The notes beneath the pieces are model-generated. The model had not been told where the DNA came from, did not search any database, and saw only the letters and a list, made by a program, of their open reading frames with translations. A program made the position numbers and the translations under genes. Positions 29,227 to 37,644 of a stretch of DNA of 37,939 nt are shown here, one piece after another (position 1 is the stretch's first letter; each line of letters begins with the position of its first letter). The stretch comes from Flavobacteriales bacterium (GTDB lineage: Bacteria; Bacteroidota; Bacteroidia; NORP154), in NCBI GenBank assembly GCA_012965955.1, contig DTRK01000078.1, positions 1 to 37,939 of the forward strand, read 5' to 3'.

Positions 29227-30225
29227 TTATGGATGCTGCCAGCACCTGCCAGAAGCGTTTTTCGTCTGACGTTTGCAGCGGGTGCCGGATAGTGTAGTGG
29301 CGCTGCAGCGCATGGCTGTAGCGTTCTTGCCCTGCTTGACTGATCTGGGAACCTGACTCTGATGAGCATGGCAATATCCATTCTGGTTCTTTGTGCGGTT
29401 GTGGCAGCGTTCTCCTGTAGCAGCAGCCCTTCCACGACATTGTTCAGAAGTAGCCGCTTTATGATTATTGGAGAAATTCAACGGCTTGAACTGCCACCTG
29501 CTGAGATCATTGCGGGATTCCAGCAATACCTCCAGATCATCAGGAAGTTCGGGGAAAAAATCTATCCCCGTTACGCTTTCTACATAATCAATCGTCACAT
29601 TATAAGTACTGAGCTTCCGGGCCCCTCTTTCATTGGGCAAAACAAATGCTATCGCCTTGACTTCCGGAGCGGTATAATCCAATATTATCTTGTAGTATCT
29701 AGGTGGTACAGTAACTTTATTGCCCCCGATATTATCAAGTGGCTCCTCCTTGAGTATTGGGCCGGTTACCACATACAAATGCTCGTTCCGCACTGCCCAT
29801 TGCCGTACCTGCTCTTCCAAACTCTTCCAAATACCGCGATTAAAGCCTGGTACTTGTGGACTCATATTGCTCATAAAAAAACTTTCAGACATGGCTTTTG
29901 CACTGAATTTCATATCTCCGGCAGGAGCCAAATGGCCACGATCATATCCAGAACCTTTATAATCTGGCAGCTCTGCTGAGCCAGTCGTTACCTGAGGATC
30001 AATGCGAAAGTCGTTGGATCGTCCCTTTGTACCTCCCGTGGCTTTCCTGGTAAGCTCGTACGCTACCCACTCTGCCTGCTCATGCTCTTCAGCATAGGAT
30101 AGAGAATAAAAGCTGTGCTCCACTATCTGCCCAGTTGTAGAGGTAGGCAGATAGTTAAAGGTCTGGGCCCATCCCCATAAGGGTATTGTCAGCGTCAGCA
30201 ATAATGTATGGATACGTCGCTTCAT
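29227..30225 (-). CDS. Secreted DNA/RNA non-specific endonuclease (NucA-type) with two C-terminal CCCH fingers
   Basis: Signal peptide ending GWA|Q; AEWVAYEL, GYDRGHLAPA, SNMSPQ..FNRGIW..LE, VTGP, TGIDFF; tail C-x9-C-x10-C-x2-H and C-x8-C-x10-C-x2-H. Confidence 0.93.
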   Translation of the reverse strand: MKRRIHTLLLTLTIPLWGWAQTFNYLPTSTTGQIVEHSFYSLSYAEEHEQAEWVAYELTRKATGGTKGRSNDFRIDPQVTTGSAELPDYKGSGYDRGHLAPAGDMKFSAKAMSESFFMSNMSPQVPGFNRGIWKSLEEQVRQWAVRNEHLYVVTGPILKEEPLDNIGGNKVTVPPRYYKIILDYTAPEVKAIAFVLPNERGARKLSTYNVTIDYVESVTGIDFFPELPDDLEVLLESRNDLSRWQFKPLNFSNNHKAATSEQCRGRAAATGERCHNRTKNQNGYCHAHQSQVPRSVKQGKNATAMRCSATTLSGTRCKRQTKNASGRCWQHP

Positions 30226-30305
30226 CTGATTTATAAGTCAAAAATAGTCTACGATATTACCATCGTAACGCTGTATATAAAAACTTGCCAACATGGAATT
30301 GTGGA

Positions 30306-30500
30306 ATGTTAGACGAGGATGGCATGGGTTTTCAAAAGGTATTAGATGTTTTGGAAGTTGAGGAGGTAATGATTTGTGCAAAACACAGAGATCTCTAACC
30401 TGGAACAACGTACTTTTTATTTGAACTACCCTACCAAGCAAGCAGACGGCTACAAGGATGAGATAGTCAGCAGCAAGATAAGAAAATGGAGAAATTGAAT
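30306..30500 (+). pseudogene. Decayed partial copy of the gene at 32914-33681
   Basis: Translates MLDEDGMGFQKVLDVLEVEEVMICAKH versus LMDENAKGFQKVLDVLELEEEAMIRAKY in the intact gene; stop at 30398, then shifted TFYL versus AFYL. Confidence 0.65.
30327..30356 (+). repeat. 30-bp exact direct repeat, copy 1
   Basis: GGTTTTCAAAAGGTATTAGATGTTTTGGAA identical to 33160-33189. Confidence 0.92.
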
Positions 30501-30519
30501 AAACCTTGGTAATTTCTTT

Positions 30520-31806
30520 TTACTCTATAACCAAAGGAGCTCTTTGCTGCATGGCATTATTACCCAGTTCAACAATATAAATTCCTGAACTTAACACAGG
30601 AATTGCAAATCTATTATTTAGAATACTTTCTCTAAATACTTCTTTACCAGATAAATCGGTGATTATGACATAGGCATAATCTATTTTCGAATTCCAGTTT
30701 AACATTGAACCAGATGCAACGGGGTTAGGGTAGAGGGTCAATTGATTTACATTCCTTTCAACCGGAGTGGAGATACTGGTAAAGCTACCATTCCATTTAA
30801 AAAATTGATTGGTAAATCCGGTGTAATACCCAGAATTAGAAGTTAGCTCAATGTCCAAGGCATAAGCCACACCTATAGAATCATTAAAACTCCATGAAAG
30901 CCCTCCATCTACAGTCTTGTAAATATGCACACCTCCAAACAAACCGTCAACAACTACAACTCCATTAAGTTCATCAATAAAGTCAAATAATACCAGTCCA
31001 GTATGTGGAATTTGAACGGATAAATCTAGGGTATCCCATGATACACCACCGTTGGTAGATCGATATAGTTTCATAAAATTACCTGATCCCCAACCCGAAC
31101 TTGCTGCGAATGAAGTTGAAGGAGAAACCTGGTCTACCGCTCCTACTACGGAGTACCAGGTCGTTAAATCTGTTTGTGTAAAAGTTACTCCACCATCAGT
31201 AGTTACAAACATACTTCCCAGGTACGCAAATGAGCCATCGTGAATTCCAATGATGCCGTTGTTGGCATCGTAAAAATCCATTGATTGGGTATTAAAATAC
31301 ATATTAGCGGGGCCAATGCTAGTGGTATCCCAGCTAATACCACCATCAATTGTGCGGTACAAGATATTTCCAACAGACCAAAAACCAATATTCTCATCAA
31401 TAAACTGCATAAAAGAATTCCCGTAACCGACAATAGTTGAATCAGGCGTAATGTTTTGCCATGAAGAACCATTATCGATAGTTCTATAGATAATACTAGG
31501 CGTTGCCAGGTTGTTCATATCCCTGTACACAGCAAAACCCACACTGTCTTTTGGAAAGCTCACATCCATAAAGTCCACGCCTGCAACCGGAGCCGGAATA
31601 GAATCCCAGGATGCACCACCATCGGTGGTCTTACTGAAAAATGGTGGATTCGTCATCAATGCGTAACCGATGTCATCTGTTATAAAGTCAAATTTTTCAA
31701 CAGAGTTATTTGGTGTGGTGTTCATCTCAGACCATTGAGAGAAAGCTGTACCGCGGAATACTGTCAATAATAGAAGAGCTACTAATATATGTGAAGTCGT
31801 TTTCAT
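30520..31806 (-). CDS. T9SS type-A-sorted YCF48/BNR-like beta-propeller protein
   Basis: Signal peptide ending AFS|Q; six (K/R/V)(T/S)xD/NGGxxW/F Asp-box blades with F.D...G; CTD LYPNPV...SGIYIVEL. Confidence 0.88.
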   Translation of the reverse strand: MKTTSHILVALLLLTVFRGTAFSQWSEMNTTPNNSVEKFDFITDDIGYALMTNPPFFSKTTDGGASWDSIPAPVAGVDFMDVSFPKDSVGFAVYRDMNNLATPSIIYRTIDNGSSWQNITPDSTIVGYGNSFMQFIDENIGFWSVGNILYRTIDGGISWDTTSIGPANMYFNTQSMDFYDANNGIIGIHDGSFAYLGSMFVTTDGGVTFTQTDLTTWYSVVGAVDQVSPSTSFAASSGWGSGNFMKLYRSTNGGVSWDTLDLSVQIPHTGLVLFDFIDELNGVVVVDGLFGGVHIYKTVDGGLSWSFNDSIGVAYALDIELTSNSGYYTGFTNQFFKWNGSFTSISTPVERNVNQLTLYPNPVASGSMLNWNSKIDYAYVIITDLSGKEVFRESILNNRFAIPVLSSGIYIVELGNNAMQQRAPLVIE

Positions 31807-31918
31807 AATTTTTGCGTTTAATTTATAAGCTAAAATTAGCCATGATAATCAGAATAGCGATAAGATATTTCTGACGTTTTATGGTAGATTTTTCACCGAT
31901 TTAAAACACAAGTTTTAG

Positions 31919-31926
31919 TATTTTTG
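31919..31926 (+). promoter_or_regulatory. -7 promoter box for the araC-family gene
   Basis: TATTTTTG overlaps the TTG at 31924, favouring ATG 31933 as the start (near-leaderless mRNA). Confidence 0.5.
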
Positions 31927-31932
31927 AGTTGG

Positions 31933-32796
31933 ATGGACATCAAGAACGTCATACCGCTTCATAACTTTTCGGTTGATAACGATACTAGTGGAGCTTTTAA
32001 GTTAATCTCTCTTGAATCTAGAACAGGGTACGATACATCGGTTCCTCACCGTCACAATTACTACGAAATATTTCTGTTTGAAAAGGGTGGAGGGACGCAC
32101 GAAATAGATTTTAACCTTATTGCTATTGAGGATCGAAGCATTCACTTTGTTTCTCCAGGTCAGGTACATAAAGTGAATAGAGAGCTGGATTCCAGAGGAC
32201 ACCTTATATTGTTCAGTAGAGATTTCTTTTATTCAAACAGTATTAACCAAAACAGCTTATTCGATATTCCGTTTTTGAACAATAATTTTCCTGAGCCAGT
32301 TATCAATCTTACAGGATCTGATTATGATGAGATATTAAGTTTAATATTGAGCATGAAGGGAGAATACGCTAACGAACAAGAGTACCAGAGAGACGTTATT
32401 CAATCGTATCTAAATTTATTGATCATTAACTGTAAACGACTATTTGACAAGCAAGTAGGAGATATAGGGATATACAACAAAGCTTTACAGGATTTTAAAC
32501 GTTTGTTGGAGAATGAGTTCGATAAAAATCACCAGGTAAGTTATTATGCGAATCAGGTGCACGTGAGCGTAAAGCAGTTGAGCGCGATCACCAAGAAAGC
32601 GGTTGGTAAAACGGCTTTAGAGCTAATACACGATAGAATTATCCTGGAAGCTAAACGATTGCTAAGATATTCAGACCACAGCATAAAGGAAATTTCGTTC
32701 TTCTTAAATTTTGATGATCCTTCTCACTTTGGTAAATTCTTTAAGAGCAAACAAAATCAGACTCCAAAAGAGTATAGAACGGGCGCTGAATCTTAG
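31933..32796 (+). CDS. AraC family transcriptional regulator (cupin + HTH)
   Basis: PHRHNYYEI, FVSPGQVH cupin; VSYYANQ, RIILEAKRLL, IKEISFFLNFDDPSHFGKFFK..TPKEYR. Confidence 0.93.
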   Translation: MDIKNVIPLHNFSVDNDTSGAFKLISLESRTGYDTSVPHRHNYYEIFLFEKGGGTHEIDFNLIAIEDRSIHFVSPGQVHKVNRELDSRGHLILFSRDFFYSNSINQNSLFDIPFLNNNFPEPVINLTGSDYDEILSLILSMKGEYANEQEYQRDVIQSYLNLLIINCKRLFDKQVGDIGIYNKALQDFKRLLENEFDKNHQVSYYANQVHVSVKQLSAITKKAVGKTALELIHDRIILEAKRLLRYSDHSIKEISFFLNFDDPSHFGKFFKSKQNQTPKEYRTGAES

Positions 32797-32913
32797 GGCA
32801 TCTTTTTGACAATCAACAAGGACGTAATAAGCTCATCATGACAACAGGATCACGGCAATAGGCACAGAAGAACGCACTGGACTGAGGTGCAAGCAAATCA
32901 ATCCAAATCGATT

Positions 32914-33681
32914 ATGAGGGACAGAGTTTATATTATCATGGTGTTGGCCTTAAGTCAGCTAACCCTATTGGCACAGGGGCCTCAAGCAATTTTGGAGCAA
33001 TACCTCGAACATATTGCCAATAAATCATACGCCGAAGCTACTAAGCTGCAAACGGAGAACGCCACCGTAAGGATCGCCCTATCTGCGTCCGAACTGGGAA
33101 AGTCCGAAGGCTTAGGAAAGGAAGTCGCCGTGCATCTGTTGATGGACGAGAATGCCAAAGGTTTTCAAAAGGTATTAGATGTTTTGGAATTGGAGGAGGA
33201 AGCAATGATACGCGCAAAATATGAATCTGGTATCAGCCAGGCCTTTTACCTTATTAGAAAAGAAGGGAAGTGGTATGTGGCAGCGCCCAAAGAAGTGGAG
33301 AAAACCGGGCGCTACTACATTTCCTGTATGGACGGGGAAAAAGAAGTGATATTTGCTGAATCTGAGTTGAACCCTGACCAGATCTTTAGAGATGAGAACC
33401 TCAATATTGCCTATACACTTTCCATGAAAGAGGTGGATATGCTAAAGAAAGACTCGTACGCATACATTATGATGGCTGGAAAGCTAATGACGCTCACGAT
33501 CGGAGAAGTGTCTGATAAAACCGGGCGTTCCATAGAGGCAGAGAAAATTGAAGGACGAATAACACGTGCTGAACTCATCCAACGGAGTTCTTCTTCTACC
33601 TTATACCGTTTTGATGGCACATTCCATGGAGAACGATTCGATAACGGTAAGTTCTCCGTGTCTTATGAGGTGAAAAAGTAG
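32914..33681 (+). CDS. Exported hypothetical protein with an NTF2/DUF4878-like N-terminal domain
   Basis: ATG 32914 gives a signal peptide ending LLA|Q; PQAILEQYLEHI..YAEA and LIRKEGKWYV are typical of NTF2-like folds. Confidence 0.65.
   Translation: MRDRVYIIMVLALSQLTLLAQGPQAILEQYLEHIANKSYAEATKLQTENATVRIALSASELGKSEGLGKEVAVHLLMDENAKGFQKVLDVLELEEEAMIRAKYESGISQAFYLIRKEGKWYVAAPKEVEKTGRYYISCMDGEKEVIFAESELNPDQIFRDENLNIAYTLSMKEVDMLKKDSYAYIMMAGKLMTLTIGEVSDKTGRSIEAEKIEGRITRAELIQRSSSSTLYRFDGTFHGERFDNGKFSVSYEVKK
33160..33189 (+). repeat. 30-bp exact direct repeat, copy 2 (inside CDS)
   Basis: Identical to 30327-30356, 2833 bp away. Confidence 0.92.
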
Positions 33682-33727
33682 CTACCTCTAAATTCCAGAA
33701 CCTCAATTACCTGACTATTTCTACGGA

Positions 33728-33807
33728 CAACCTTAACCCCGGTTTACCTCCTGGGGACTTGTGGACATATAGTTGAAGTGGGCAGGAGGTAATTGTATAG
33801 TAGGTTG
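33728..33807. repeat. Nested inverted repeat / long imperfect hairpin
   Basis: TTACCTCCTG (33744-33753) / CAGGAGGTAA (33783-33792) perfect 10 bp; outer CAACCT/AGGTTG; inner ACTT/AAGT. Confidence 0.55.
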
Positions 33808-33937
33808 CTTGTTTCAATGAACTACGTTGAAGAAGTTCGGAAGATTAATTTAGCTTTTGCCGTTGGTTTTGGTATTTTTGACTTTGCTGCCGTAGGCAGC
33901 TATAGATGGTAATTAGATAAATTCCCTCAGCTTTTTC

Positions 33938-33945
33938 TATTTTTG
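33938..33945 (+). promoter_or_regulatory. -7 promoter box for siaC-like gene
   Basis: TATTTTTG 18 bp before ATG 33964. Confidence 0.55.
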
Positions 33946-33963
33946 GTTTAAATTGTTTGGCAC

Positions 33964-34335
33964 ATGGAAGATTTGTTAATCGAGGGAACTGAGGAGACTC
34001 CAACGGTTCATCTGCAAGTAGGAGGTGAACTTAGCTTGAGCGGAAATTCATATCCTGAGGATGCGCTGGAGTTTTATTCACCCTTATTAAGTTGGTTGGA
34101 TGAATATAGGAACAGTCCGGCAGATAGTACCATAACGACCTTCAATATCTCCTACTTCAATTCCGCATCTACAATGCCGTTGTTAAAGATCCTCTCTGCT
34201 TTAGAGGTTATGCATAAAGCTGGCAATAAAGTTCAAGTCATCTGGAGACATGCTGTTGGCGACACGCTCATGGCCGACAAAGCTGAAGAGATGAGTTCCT
34301 TGGTTGAGCTGCCTTTTGAGATTAGAGGGGAGTAG
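33964..34335 (+). CDS. siaC: SiaC family (DUF1987) regulatory phosphoprotein
   Basis: IEGTEETPTV, LSGNSYPEDALEFYSPLLSWL, YFNSAS, VIW, LPFEI; 123 aa. Confidence 0.85.
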   Translation: MEDLLIEGTEETPTVHLQVGGELSLSGNSYPEDALEFYSPLLSWLDEYRNSPADSTITTFNISYFNSASTMPLLKILSALEVMHKAGNKVQVIWRHAVGDTLMADKAEEMSSLVELPFEIRGE

Positions 34336-34371
34336 GTTTGCTTCAAGGTTAAGAGAGAGTTTAAAATAACA

Positions 34372-34404
34372 AAGTCGCTCACGTGACGAGACTTCGATTT
34401 TTTT
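34372..34404 (+). terminator. Imperfect terminator hairpin after siaC
   Basis: AAGTC..TCACGTGA..GACTT stem followed by CGA and T7. Confidence 0.45.
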
Positions 34405-34423
34405 GAACCTCTATTTCCCTGCC

Positions 34424-34648
34424 TTAGCCTTTCCCTTGGGAGCATTTCTTAATGCAGCACTTCTCTTCGCAGTTTGAGGCACTGCATTTCCTGGCCTGCT
34501 TACAGCAAGACTTCTTGCAAGTTTTGCCTGCCTCTATCTTGAAGGTGTTGTTCCTGGAAGGGTTATGATTTTTTTACTGTGCTATTGCGGAGTTGAAACT
34601 GAATGTTCCCTGACCTATGAATAATATAGTGGTGGATAGCTCTTTCAC
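34424..34648 (-). pseudogene. Small secreted Cys/Lys-rich (metallothionein-like) peptide gene with one in-frame TAA
   Basis: 75 codons from GTG: MKELSTTILFIGQGTFSFNSAIAQ*KNHNPSRNNTFKIEAGKTCKKSCCKQARKCSASNCEEKCCIKKCSQGKG*; internal stop at 34574-34576. Confidence 0.6.
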
Positions 34649-34695
34649 AGGAGGTAAGTTTAGTGTTCTTTTTGACACAAATCGAAGAGAGCGGT

Positions 34696-36159
34696 TTAGT
34701 GAATCAATAACTTGCCTCTATCCTCTTTGTTCGCGCCTGTTAGAACGTAAAAGTAGGTTCCAGGTTTCAGCGTCTCTGCTGATATCACTTCTGAATCCGA
34801 ACTTGTCCATATCTCTCTGTGCAATTTCCCTGCAATATCATAAATCCTCAGACTAAACAGCCCGTTGTTGGGATTGTCGAACTTCAGTGTTGTTGAGGCG
34901 CTGAACGGATTCGGACTTAGAACAGCGTCAAGAGCGTGTTGGTGCCCCTCTCCTATCCCAACAGAGGCGGTGTATGGAACGGTAACAGACCGATACATAA
35001 CTACACCAGAGTCATTGTCTTTCCACACGATATGAAATGTTCCGTCTGCATAGGCAATATCAGGGCTCTGCTGAAGTCCATCCGTAGATATATTCGCCGT
35101 GTCGATATTGTCGACCATTGCTGCTGAACCAGAGTTGGAGGTGGTGAAATAGACATTGGCATTCCCAAATTCTGTATGCTGCCACACTGCGGCAATAACA
35201 TCGTCTCCGCCAGCTACACGTATGTAATTAGCTTGTGCTGTAACCGGATCGGCAGTTTGAAGTTTAGATTGAAAGTCAACAGTAAAATTATTCGACAGAT
35301 CAGTTTCCGAAATATACACCTTGGACTTACCGCTTCCTGCGCTCATATACACTGTGGTGAGCTGATCGTCCATAAGTACAGCATCAGGGCCAGTGGATGG
35401 ACAAGCGAATATGATCCATTCTGACGTATCGATCTTGCCTGCTGCAGCAAAGGTGGCGCCCCCATCTTCCGATACCGCCGCCCATGTCTCACGCAGGTTG
35501 GCCATATTGTTTCTGAAAGTAAGTACCTGCCGCTGACCTTGAATTTGTACGTTCGCAGGACAGCAATCACATACCTCCTCCGGCGCAAGTGCCGTACCCG
35601 CCACATTGGCATTGAAGGTCAATCCACCGTCGGAAGAATTGGCAACATGATACTGAGGATCCATCCAGTTAATATCAAATTTCATGTACGCAAATACAGG
35701 TTTCCCGCCTGCTGCGATGGCCACCGTCGGAAAGCGCGTCAGGCTATCCACAGTAAGATCGACCCTGACCGTGTCATCATAAGTCTGTCCAGCGTCAATT
35801 GATCGCACTGAGTACACCCCATGTTGATCTTCTGGAATAATCTTCAAGCCAATAAATACTGTATCACCCGAAGCAGCGATCTCCGGTCCAGCCCAATAGG
35901 AAGTAAATGCATCCGAATTCATCGAGTGTACCCTCACAGGTGTATTGAATCCGCTCCCGTTCCATGTGGCAGTGTACACTGCATTGTTTACATCATCACC
36001 CCATAAGACAATAGGTGTATTGTCTGTCATCAGGGCGATCCTGGGACGGACGTTGTTGTACCCCGTTCCAGAGACGTCGAATTGAGCAGACCAGTTTTGG
36101 GTCTGTGCAACAGCAACGCCGCAGAACAAGATGCAAATGATGCTGAGTAGTTTCTTCAT
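34696..36159 (-). CDS. T9SS type-A-sorted BNR/sialidase-like propeller with CxCC and CPxxGP motifs
   Basis: Signal peptide ending AVA|Q; Asp-boxes RSIDAGQTY, SSDGGLTF, SEDGGATF; VCDCCP (35560-35571), WIIFACPSTGP; CTD SPNPFS...PGTYFYVL..GKLLIH. Confidence 0.87.
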   Translation of the reverse strand: MKKLLSIICILFCGVAVAQTQNWSAQFDVSGTGYNNVRPRIALMTDNTPIVLWGDDVNNAVYTATWNGSGFNTPVRVHSMNSDAFTSYWAGPEIAASGDTVFIGLKIIPEDQHGVYSVRSIDAGQTYDDTVRVDLTVDSLTRFPTVAIAAGGKPVFAYMKFDINWMDPQYHVANSSDGGLTFNANVAGTALAPEEVCDCCPANVQIQGQRQVLTFRNNMANLRETWAAVSEDGGATFAAAGKIDTSEWIIFACPSTGPDAVLMDDQLTTVYMSAGSGKSKVYISETDLSNNFTVDFQSKLQTADPVTAQANYIRVAGGDDVIAAVWQHTEFGNANVYFTTSNSGSAAMVDNIDTANISTDGLQQSPDIAYADGTFHIVWKDNDSGVVMYRSVTVPYTASVGIGEGHQHALDAVLSPNPFSASTTLKFDNPNNGLFSLRIYDIAGKLHREIWTSSDSEVISAETLKPGTYFYVLTGANKEDRGKLLIH

Positions 36160-36202
36160 GACATTTTATTTTGAATCGACTCTTCTCCGCCGAACGCTTA
36201 TT

Positions 36203-36210
36203 CAAAGTTA
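36203..36210 (-). promoter_or_regulatory. -7 promoter box for the propeller gene
   Basis: Minus strand TAACTTTG, 43 bp before ATG 36159. Confidence 0.6.
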
Positions 36211-36222
36211 AGCTATTGCCAA

Positions 36223-36990
36223 TTAATGAATGAGCATTAGTCTTTCCCTGCTGATAACATCGGCACCATAAGACATCTCTATCAAGTAATACCCAGATTG
36301 AAATTCACGCACATCCCAACGAATTCTGCCTTCCTGTACCTGGATTTTCTTGAGCAATACACCATGAATATTGTAAAGGGCGAGTGAAGTGGTCTCATTT
36401 TCTATCGTGGATAAATCCAAATTCACAAAACCATAGGACGGGTTGGGATATATAAGCGGTGCCTTGTTCTTTAATGCATACTTATCAATCGAAGTAACTA
36501 TATCACAGGTATCAATCTTATTGCGAAGCTCAGCCATTCCTATTGAGGGGTTAACACCCCAGAAGATGCTTGTATCTGTACAGACAACAGCGTAGTTCGG
36601 CCAGGAGAAGAATGGAAACCACAGCGCATATAAATTTGTGATTGTATTGCCGTTTCCCTGAGTTCCACCCGTTGGATAGGAAACACCATAGGTGCTATCA
36701 AATGAGGCGAGCGCAGCGTTGTTATCCCTATCGCTGATACCCAACACTACAAGATTCCCTGCACCAGATCCATAATCCTGAAAGATCATCTCAATCTCGG
36801 GCGTATATGTCTGGCATGGGACACAGGATGCGAAGAAGAAATCCAACAGGACGGTATTGCCCTTTCCCAGCTCTTCATATAGGTTCCAGGGTATGCTATC
36901 CTGATCGTAAAGTGTAAAATCGGGAGGTGCCTGAGCAAAGGAGTGCCAGGTACTGCTAAAAATAAAAACTGCGACGAACAGGATTCTCAT
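36223..36990 (-). CDS. TlpA/redoxin-family thioredoxin-fold protein with T9SS type-A CTD
   Basis: ATG 36990 gives a signal peptide ending SFA|Q; PDFTLYD, VLLDFFFASCVPC (36814-36825), SWPNY cis-Pro loop; CTD IYPNPS...SGYYLI. Confidence 0.87.
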   Translation of the reverse strand: MRILFVAVFIFSSTWHSFAQAPPDFTLYDQDSIPWNLYEELGKGNTVLLDFFFASCVPCQTYTPEIEMIFQDYGSGAGNLVVLGISDRDNNAALASFDSTYGVSYPTGGTQGNGNTITNLYALWFPFFSWPNYAVVCTDTSIFWGVNPSIGMAELRNKIDTCDIVTSIDKYALKNKAPLIYPNPSYGFVNLDLSTIENETTSLALYNIHGVLLKKIQVQEGRIRWDVREFQSGYYLIEMSYGADVISRERLMLIH

Positions 36991-37158
36991 AGAGTAAAGA
37001 TAGGGACATTTCGAAAACGTGACTTCGGGTTCATGTTCGCCCTCATTGATTCTCTTATCGAGCAATATCAATATTGATATGAGGCAAATGCCATGGGAAA
37101 CAAAGCACCGTGAACCTATGCCATGCCTCTCAGGTAAATTTAGAGTGAAATTGCAGCG

Positions 37159-37539
37159 TTAATCTTCTATCGGGGTAGGGTTCCTATCCTCGTCCACCTT
37201 TACAAAGGTGAATTCTCCTTCCGTGACCAGTATAATTTCCTCCTTATCAAACTCCCGGTTTACCCAGGCCTCGATGTGAACAGTAATAGATGTGCGGCCC
37301 TGCTTAACAAAATTGACATAGCAACACAGTGTATCGGCAATGAACACCGGGAGCCTGAACTGTGTTGAATCAATCGCAATCGTTACCACCCTTCCCATTG
37401 CTATCTGCTTGCAGAATACCCCGCCAGCTATGTCCATCTGACTCAGGATCCATCCACCGAACACGTCACCTGACGGATTGGTATCCTTAGGCATCGCCTG
37501 CACTCTTATGGTAAGTTCTCCTCTTGGTGTTCTGTCCAT
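37159..37539 (-). CDS. yciA: Acyl-CoA thioesterase (hotdog fold)
   Basis: AMPKDTNPSGDVFGGWILSQMDIAG, GRVVTIA, GRTSITVHIEAWV, VTEGEFTFV. Confidence 0.9.
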   Translation of the reverse strand: MDRTPRGELTIRVQAMPKDTNPSGDVFGGWILSQMDIAGGVFCKQIAMGRVVTIAIDSTQFRLPVFIADTLCCYVNFVKQGRTSITVHIEAWVNREFDKEEIILVTEGEFTFVKVDEDRNPTPIED

Positions 37540-37644
37540 AAAGTTCTTGGTAAGATTATGAGCTAAAGTACAGAATTTCAGGGTATGTCTATCTGTGTAT
37601 CCACACTATCGCTTTCTCAGAGGACTAGTTAGCTGTCGATCAGC

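Noticed and set aside
29362-29979. 205-aa plus-strand ORF with an apparent lipobox
   Set aside because: Fully antisense to the well-supported nuclease gene; no recognisable domain
30238-30441. 67-aa minus-strand ORF
   Set aside because: Antisense to the plus-strand gene remnant, which has demonstrable homology within the window
34574-34576. Selenocysteine or pyrrolysine recoding of the internal stop
   Set aside because: The codon is TAA, not TGA or TAG, and all three stop codons terminate genes normally in this window
34233-34856. ORFs 34233..34445 (-) and 34617..34856 (+)
   Set aside because: They overlap siaC or the propeller gene in antisense and have no motifs
36991-37071. Longer N-terminus of the redoxin ORF
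   Set aside because: ATG 36990 gives a clean signal peptide and is preceded by a promoter-like TATCTTTA
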